Below are positions 58,682 through 64,000 of a stretch of 64,000 nucleotides of DNA, piece by piece. The translations under genes were made by a program, and so were the position numbers. Numbering within the stretch: position 1 is the first letter of the stretch; each line of letters begins with the position of its first letter. Origin of the DNA: Deltaproteobacteria bacterium (GTDB lineage Bacteria > JAGRBM01 > JAHCIT01); NCBI GenBank assembly GCA_026129095.1, contig JAHCIT010000002.1:124001-188000 (forward strand), read 5' to 3'. Under the pieces are notes generated by a model. It saw only the letters and a list, made by a program, of their open reading frames with translations, ran no database searches and was not told the origin of the DNA.

Positions 58682-61600
58682 TCAAGCGGACTTGTCCAGG
58701 CCGCGGCGACGGTCCTCGTCCCAGTGGCAATTCTTGTATTTCTTCCCGCTCCCGCACCAGCAGGGATCGTTGCGGCCGATTTTCGGGGCCTCGCGCTTCT
58801 GTGGCACCACCGACCCGCCCGCCTGCTCGATCCGCTGCTGGCGGACCTGCCTGATGGCCGCCTTGCGGGCCGCGGGCCGTCCGCTCTCCCCGCCGGCGCC
58901 GCTCGTAGGCGCGCTCTGGTGGACGAACTGGAGGCGGCGCACCTGGGCTGCCCGGGCATCGAGATCCTTTTCGAGATCCTCCGGGGCCGCACCCTGCGCC
59001 ATGCGCTGCTGCATCTCCGCGGCCGGGACGCTGAGTTCTTTCGCCTTGCGGACCAGTTCGACCTGCTGGGCAGCCCACCTGAACACGTTGGTCACCGTCT
59101 CGCTCTGGATGCCCGCCAGCAGGGCGCTGAACATGTTGAACGCTTCCTGCTTGTACACCATCACCGGGTCCTGCTGACCGTACCCCCGGAGCCCCACCCC
59201 TTCCTTGAGGTGGTCCATGTTGATGAGCTGTTCCTTCCAGAGGGAGTCCAGCGTGATAAGCCAGAAGTGGCGTTCGACGGCGCGCATCCGCTCCGGGCCG
59301 ATCTCGGCCTCCTGTGCGGCATAATGCGCGGCGACGGTCGCCTGGAGCTGCTCGATGAACTCGTCCACGCTCAGGTCGCCCACCTGCTCATGGGTGAACG
59401 GCGTGGACATCTCGAAGATATCTTTCATCGCCTGGTTGATCGCGTCGAAATCCCAGTCCTGGGCGTAGCTGTTCTCCGGGCAATGCGCGGCGGCCAGTTC
59501 CTCGATGGTCTCCTGGACCATTTCCCGGAACCGCTCGTTCACGTTGTCGCTCTGGAGTATTTCGCGCCGCTGCGAGTAGATGACCAGACGCTGCCGGTTC
59601 AGCGCATCGTCGTACTTGAGCAGGTGCTTGCGGATGTCGTAGTTCCGGGCCTCGACCTTCTGCTGGGCGTTGGCGATGGACTTGGAAAGCCAGGGATGCT
59701 GGATCGCCTCGCCGTCCTCCATTCCGAGCCGCTCCATCCATCCGCGGATGCGCTCCCCGCCGAAAATGCGGAGCAGGTCGTCATCCAGCGACAGGAAAAA
59801 CTGGCTGGAACCGGGGTCGCCCTGCCGGCCTGCGCGGCCGCGGAGCTGGTTGTCGATGCGGCGGGATTCGTGACGCTCGGTGCCGACGATATGAAGGCCG
59901 CCCAGTTCCTTGACCTTCTTCTTCTGCTCCTCGCACTCCCGGCGCGCCTCGGCGAGCACGGCCTCCCACTCGGGACCTTCGTCCGGAGCCCCGGCCGGCA
60001 TCCTTGAGCGGGCGAGGGCCTCGGGATTTCCGCCGAGCACGATGTCGGTGCCGCGGCCGGCCATGTTGGTGGAGATGGTGATCGCGCCGAGCCGTCCCGC
60101 CTGGGCGACAATATCGGCCTCGCGGGCGTGCTGCTTGGCGTTCAGGACTTCGTGTGCAATCCCCCGTTTCCTGAGGATGCCCGCAAGCTGTTCGGACTTC
60201 TCGATGGAGGTCGTGCCAACCAGCACCGGGCGGCCCTGCTTGTTCATCTCCAGGATCTCGTCCACGACGGCCGTAAGCTTCTGGGCGCCGTCCTTGAACA
60301 CCAGGTCGGCCCGGTCGTCGCGGACCATGGGGAGATTCGTCGGTATCTGGATGACTTCCAGCTTGTAGATGTCGAGGAATTCTCCCGCCTCGGTTTCGGC
60401 GGTACCGGTCATGCCCGACAGCTTGCCATAGAGGCGGAAGTAGTTCTGGAACGTGATCGTGGCGAGGGTCTGGTTCTCGTTCTCGATCTTGGCGCCTTCC
60501 TTGGCCTCGATGGCCTGGTGCAGGCCGTCCGACCACCGGCGGCCCGGCATCAGGCGACCCGTGAACTCGTCCACGATGATGATCTCGCCCTCGTTCACCA
60601 CGTAGTCCACGTCACGGTTAAACAGGAGATGCGCCTTCAGCGACTGGTTCACATGGTGAACCCACTCGACGTGCTGGAGGTCGAACAGGTTGGAGACGCC
60701 CAGATCCCGCTCGACGAACTCGACACCCTCGTCGGCGAGCGACGAATTGCGGCCCTTTTCGTCCAGGTTGAAATAGCGGCCCCGGACAAGCCCTTTCTGT
60801 TCATGCACGCCTTCGGGAAGCGGCGGCGGCTCGTAATCCTCGCCTGCCGCCTCGGCGCGCGCCTGCTTCAGGCGCTCCAGCGCCTCCTGCCGGCGCCGGG
60901 CGAGGGCTTCCTTCATTTCGGAGCTTCCGCGCCGTTCCTCTTCCTTGACGAGCTTGCCGATGGTCGCGTCGATCCGCGTATACTTGTCGGACGACGCTTC
61001 CGCCTGCCCCGAGATGATGAGCGGCGTGCGGGCCTCGTCGATCAGGATCGAGTCCACTTCGTCCACAATGGCGAAGCTGTGCCCGCGCTGTACGAGATCC
61101 TGCTTCCTGAACTTCATGTGGTCGCGCAGGTAGTCGAAGCCGAACTCGTTGTTCTGGCCGTAGGTGATGTCGGCGGCATATTCCCGCTGCCGTTCCTCGT
61201 CGGTCAGGCCGTGAACGATCACGCCGGTGGAGAGGCCGAGCATGCTGTAGATCGCATCCATCCACGCCCGGTCGCGCCGGGCGAGGTAGTCGTTCACCGT
61301 TACGACATGGACTCCCTTTCCGGCCACCGCGTTCAGCGAAGCAGCCAGTGTCGCCACGAGAGTCTTGCCCTCGCCGGTCTTCATCTCGGCAATCTTGCCA
61401 TGGTGCAGCGCGATGCCGCCGATCAGCTGGACATCGAAGTGACGCATGCCCAGGCGCCGCCGCCCGGCCTCCCGGGTCATGGCGAACATTTCCGGCAGGA
61501 TGTCATCCAGCGGGCGCCCCCTGGACACTTCCTCGCGGAAACCGTCCACGCGGGGACGGAACCAGTCATCCGGCTTGTCCCGGATCTGGGGCTCCAGCTC

Positions 61601-61690
61601 GTTGATCCTGGCCACCAGCGGTCTCAGGCTCCGCAGGTAGCGGTCGTTGCGGGAGCCGAAAATCTTCTTGAGGAAATTGCCGATATCCAT
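58682..61690 (-). CDS. secA: Preprotein translocase subunit SecA
   Basis: MKTGEGKT, DEVDSILIDEARTPLIISG, NMAGRGTDI, QLRGRAGRQGDPG, SEC-C GRNDPCWCGSGKKYKNCH. Confidence 0.99.
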   Translation of the reverse strand: MDIGNFLKKIFGSRNDRYLRSLRPLVARINELEPQIRDKPDDWFRPRVDGFREEVSRGRPLDDILPEMFAMTREAGRRRLGMRHFDVQLIGGIALHHGKIAEMKTGEGKTLVATLAASLNAVAGKGVHVVTVNDYLARRDRAWMDAIYSMLGLSTGVIVHGLTDEERQREYAADITYGQNNEFGFDYLRDHMKFRKQDLVQRGHSFAIVDEVDSILIDEARTPLIISGQAEASSDKYTRIDATIGKLVKEEERRGSSEMKEALARRRQEALERLKQARAEAAGEDYEPPPLPEGVHEQKGLVRGRYFNLDEKGRNSSLADEGVEFVERDLGVSNLFDLQHVEWVHHVNQSLKAHLLFNRDVDYVVNEGEIIIVDEFTGRLMPGRRWSDGLHQAIEAKEGAKIENENQTLATITFQNYFRLYGKLSGMTGTAETEAGEFLDIYKLEVIQIPTNLPMVRDDRADLVFKDGAQKLTAVVDEILEMNKQGRPVLVGTTSIEKSEQLAGILRKRGIAHEVLNAKQHAREADIVAQAGRLGAITISTNMAGRGTDIVLGGNPEALARSRMPAGAPDEGPEWEAVLAEARRECEEQKKKVKELGGLHIVGTERHESRRIDNQLRGRAGRQGDPGSSQFFLSLDDDLLRIFGGERIRGWMERLGMEDGEAIQHPWLSKSIANAQQKVEARNYDIRKHLLKYDDALNRQRLVIYSQRREILQSDNVNERFREMVQETIEELAAAHCPENSYAQDWDFDAINQAMKDIFEMSTPFTHEQVGDLSVDEFIEQLQATVAAHYAAQEAEIGPERMRAVERHFWLITLDSLWKEQLINMDHLKEGVGLRGYGQQDPVMVYKQEAFNMFSALLAGIQSETVTNVFRWAAQQVELVRKAKELSVPAAEMQQRMAQGAAPEDLEKDLDARAAQVRRLQFVHQSAPTSGAGGESGRPAARKAAIRQVRQQRIEQAGGSVVPQKREAPKIGRNDPCWCGSGKKYKNCHWDEDRRRGLDKSA

Positions 61691-61817
61691 GGCCTGTCCA
61701 GTGGCCGCCGGGAACGGCCGTCAGTGCAGCGGTTCCAGCGGAAAACCGATCCTAGTGGGGGGCCCGGTCCGGTTCAATGGCTCTTTTTGCGAACATCCGG
61801 GCCGGATTAAGCGGCGT

Positions 61818-62492
61818 TCACAGGCCATCGCCACGGTCATTCATGATGATTTCGCCGTCAGGCGCGAACACCTCGCGGATGACAGTGCCGATCTGGCCGA
61901 GACCCCGGCTGAAAAAGTGGTCCGCCATCTCGATCACATACAGGTGCAGATGCTCCAGATTCTCATTGACGATATCCTTGAGCCGGTAAAGCGGGCAGTA
62001 GTCATCGGCTCCGGCGGCGATGATGTGGGTCTCAAGTCCGGTTTCCCTCAGCGCCGAAAAGTCCATCAGCCGGATGGGGGGGGCGACGAGCAGCAGTTTC
62101 TCCACCCGCGGATCGGCCTGCGAGGTGAGAAGCGCCACATGCGCCCCGTAGCTGTACCCGGCGGCGATCACCTTCTCGAAACCGGGGGAGTTCAGGACCG
62201 CCTGGCTCACCACGGCCCGGTAATCCTCGACGGCAGAGTCCGGATCCCCGGTCATCCCGCCCTGGCTCGCGCCGACACCCTTGAAGTTGAACCGCAGGCT
62301 CGCGTGCTTCAGCCGGTAGAAGGCGTAGGCCATCTCGTTGAGGACCGGTGAATCCATCGAGCCGCCATACTGCGGATGCGGCGGAGCGATCACCACCGGC
62401 TGCCGCTCGCCACGGTGATAGAGCCCTTCCAGATGGAGTTCCCCTTCGGGGATCACCACCATCCGCTCCAGAAACTGTCCGGGCAGGACCAT
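61818..62492 (-). CDS. Alpha/beta hydrolase superfamily protein
   Basis: PHPQYGGSMD, LRFNFKGVGASQG, GYSYG, ADHFF. Confidence 0.9.
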   Translation of the reverse strand: MVLPGQFLERMVVIPEGELHLEGLYHRGERQPVVIAPPHPQYGGSMDSPVLNEMAYAFYRLKHASLRFNFKGVGASQGGMTGDPDSAVEDYRAVVSQAVLNSPGFEKVIAAGYSYGAHVALLTSQADPRVEKLLLVAPPIRLMDFSALRETGLETHIIAAGADDYCPLYRLKDIVNENLEHLHLYVIEMADHFFSRGLGQIGTVIREVFAPDGEIIMNDRGDGL

Positions 62493-62501
62493 CGCGGGCC
62501 G

Positions 62502-63023
62502 TCAGTTGCCGGTGGACGAGGCAGTCCACCGGAGGATCACCGGTTCCGGCGTCACGACGATATCCACCGAACCTTCCGGACCGGGAACCAGTTGCCGCGT
62601 CTTCGTGTCCAGATAGTCGGTCTGGCTGACGCTGCCATAGCCTTCGGGGGCGCCGATCCGGACCGGGTAGTTCTTGCCGTCCTGGGTCCAGAGGATCTCG
62701 ACCGTGGGGTCGCCGCTCTCCAGTCCGGCAAAACGGGCCCGGTAGACCTTCGGACCGGCTTCCACGTCGTAGGCCGTGAACCTTCCCCCTCCCAAGGTGC
62801 GCTCCAGAAGCCCCACGGTCCTGGAATCGGGCGACTGCCGGACGGCCGCCTTCCAGACCTGCGAACTGCCGGTTACGGGTTCCAGCACCTCGATGGTGAC
62901 GAGCATCCGGAACAGGCGGGCCGCGTCGTCCCGCTTGCGGGCAGCGGCATCATCCCTGGGGGCGGCGCAGGCCGCCAGCGCGGCGGCAAAGAGAAACAGG
63001 CAGGCAGTGCGTCGGTAAACCAT
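62502..63023 (-). CDS. Hypothetical lipoprotein
   Basis: FAAALAAC lipobox; GGAGG upstream. Confidence 0.65.
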   Translation of the reverse strand: MVYRRTACLFLFAAALAACAAPRDDAAARKRDDAARLFRMLVTIEVLEPVTGSSQVWKAAVRQSPDSRTVGLLERTLGGGRFTAYDVEAGPKVYRARFAGLESGDPTVEILWTQDGKNYPVRIGAPEGYGSVSQTDYLDTKTRQLVPGPEGSVDIVVTPEPVILRWTASSTGN

Positions 63024-63087
63024 GCGGGAGCTACCTCCGTAGCGTCCCCGGCAGGTTACCGGAAGATCAGTCAGGGGTAAAACGCTT

Positions 63088-64000
63088 TCAGCCGGTCTTC
63101 GACATCTGCCATTTGGCCATGTCGATCATGTCCTTACCGGTCATGTTGAGGACCACTGACCCCTCGAAGCCCGAGTGCATGAAGCAGTTGGCGCAGCGCG
63201 GATCCTTGCGCTTGCTGTAGTATTCCCAGTCGGTCGATTCCATCAGTTCACGATAGCTCGAATAGTGGCCGTTGGTGATGGCGTAGCACGGGCCCTTCCA
63301 GCCGCGCGGATTGCGCGTCAGGTTGGCATACGGGGCACAGTCGTAGTCGCGCTCGCCGGCGAGGAAGTCGATGTATTGCGGCGTCGAGAACATCCGGTAG
63401 CGGCCCAGCTTGGGCAGAAGTTCCTGGAACTTCGCGTGGACTTCCGCACGGGAGTGGAAGATGTGCTGGTCGTCGCTGGAGCCCAGCGCCTCGTAGCTGT
63501 ACCCGGGCGCGACGATAATGCCGTCAATGCCGAGATCGGTGAGATAGGTGAAGAGTTCATCCAGTTCCTTCCACGACGTCTGCTTGTAGACAGTGGTGTT
63601 CGTCGTGACCTGGTAGCCCAGCTTCTTGGCCTTCTTGATCTGCGCGACGGCGATATCGAAAACGCCCTTGCGCTGGACGATGGTGTCGTGGGTCTCGCGC
63701 AGCCCGTCCAGATGGACGTTGATGAACAGGTTCTGCGACGGCGGCACGCCCTTGTAGACCTTGTCCAGAAACATGGCGTTGGTGCAGAGGTAGATGTACT
63801 TGTCCTTCTCGACGAGACCGTTGATCAGTTCGTTGATGTGGCGGTAGAGCGTCGGCTCGCCGCCACAGATCGACACCACCGGAGCGCCGCACTCGTCGGC
63901 CGAGGCGAGGCACTCCTCCAGCGGAAGCTGGTCGGTGATCGTGTCCTTGTATTCGATGATCCGGCCGCAACCCTCGCAGGTGAGATTGCATGCGTGGAGC
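63088..64000 (-). CDS. hpnH: Hopanoid biosynthesis radical SAM protein HpnH-like (5' end outside window)
   Basis: CNLTCEGC, ECGAPVVSICGGEP, HLDG, GWKGPCY, DPRCANCFMHSGFE. Confidence 0.85.
   Translation of the reverse strand, partial: LHACNLTCEGCGRIIEYKDTITDQLPLEECLASADECGAPVVSICGGEPTLYRHINELINGLVEKDKYIYLCTNAMFLDKVYKGVPPSQNLFINVHLDGLRETHDTIVQRKGVFDIAVAQIKKAKKLGYQVTTNTTVYKQTSWKELDELFTYLTDLGIDGIIVAPGYSYEALGSSDDQHIFHSRAEVHAKFQELLPKLGRYRMFSTPQYIDFLAGERDYDCAPYANLTRNPRGWKGPCYAITNGHYSSYRELMESTDWEYYSKRKDPRCANCFMHSGFEGSVVLNMTGKDMIDMAKWQMSKTG

Noticed and set aside
58724-61810. 427-aa and 560-aa plus-strand ORFs
   Set aside because: Antisense to secA; shadow ORFs.

Overview
GC-rich bacterial chromosomal window with no phage, transposase, CRISPR array, tRNA or rRNA that I can support. 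Gene orders (rpsF-rpsR-DUF2232-rplI-dnaB; rpmE-prfA-prmC-murA-hisG-D-C-B-H-A), an HpnH-like hopanoid radical SAM gene and a MYXO-CTERM-like surface protein suggest a deltaproteobacterial/Myxococcota-related lineage (inference). Housekeeping blocks (ribosomal proteins, uvrC, leuCD+LysR, his operon, secA, HU) alternate with accessory lipid/redox and envelope genes. Best candidates for undescribed biology: (1) two similar long-stem RNA elements flanking the HU gene that share a 5' GTTTSAAAATT motif and have loops complementary to SD+AUG-like sequence; (2) a GT-C glycosyltransferase translationally coupled to a lipoprotein that is a free-standing paralog of its own C-terminal domain; (3) a beta-propeller/FN3 MYXO-CTERM-like protein coupled to an outer-membrane barrel; (4) a CheX-like phosphatase with four MshEN-like repeats next to a CheY-like receiver; (5) a five-gene GMC/START-like/CPBP/SDR operon and a palindrome-controlled MpaB-like oxygenase that may act on lipids or isoprenoids. 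All family calls are from motif recognition by eye, not database searches.
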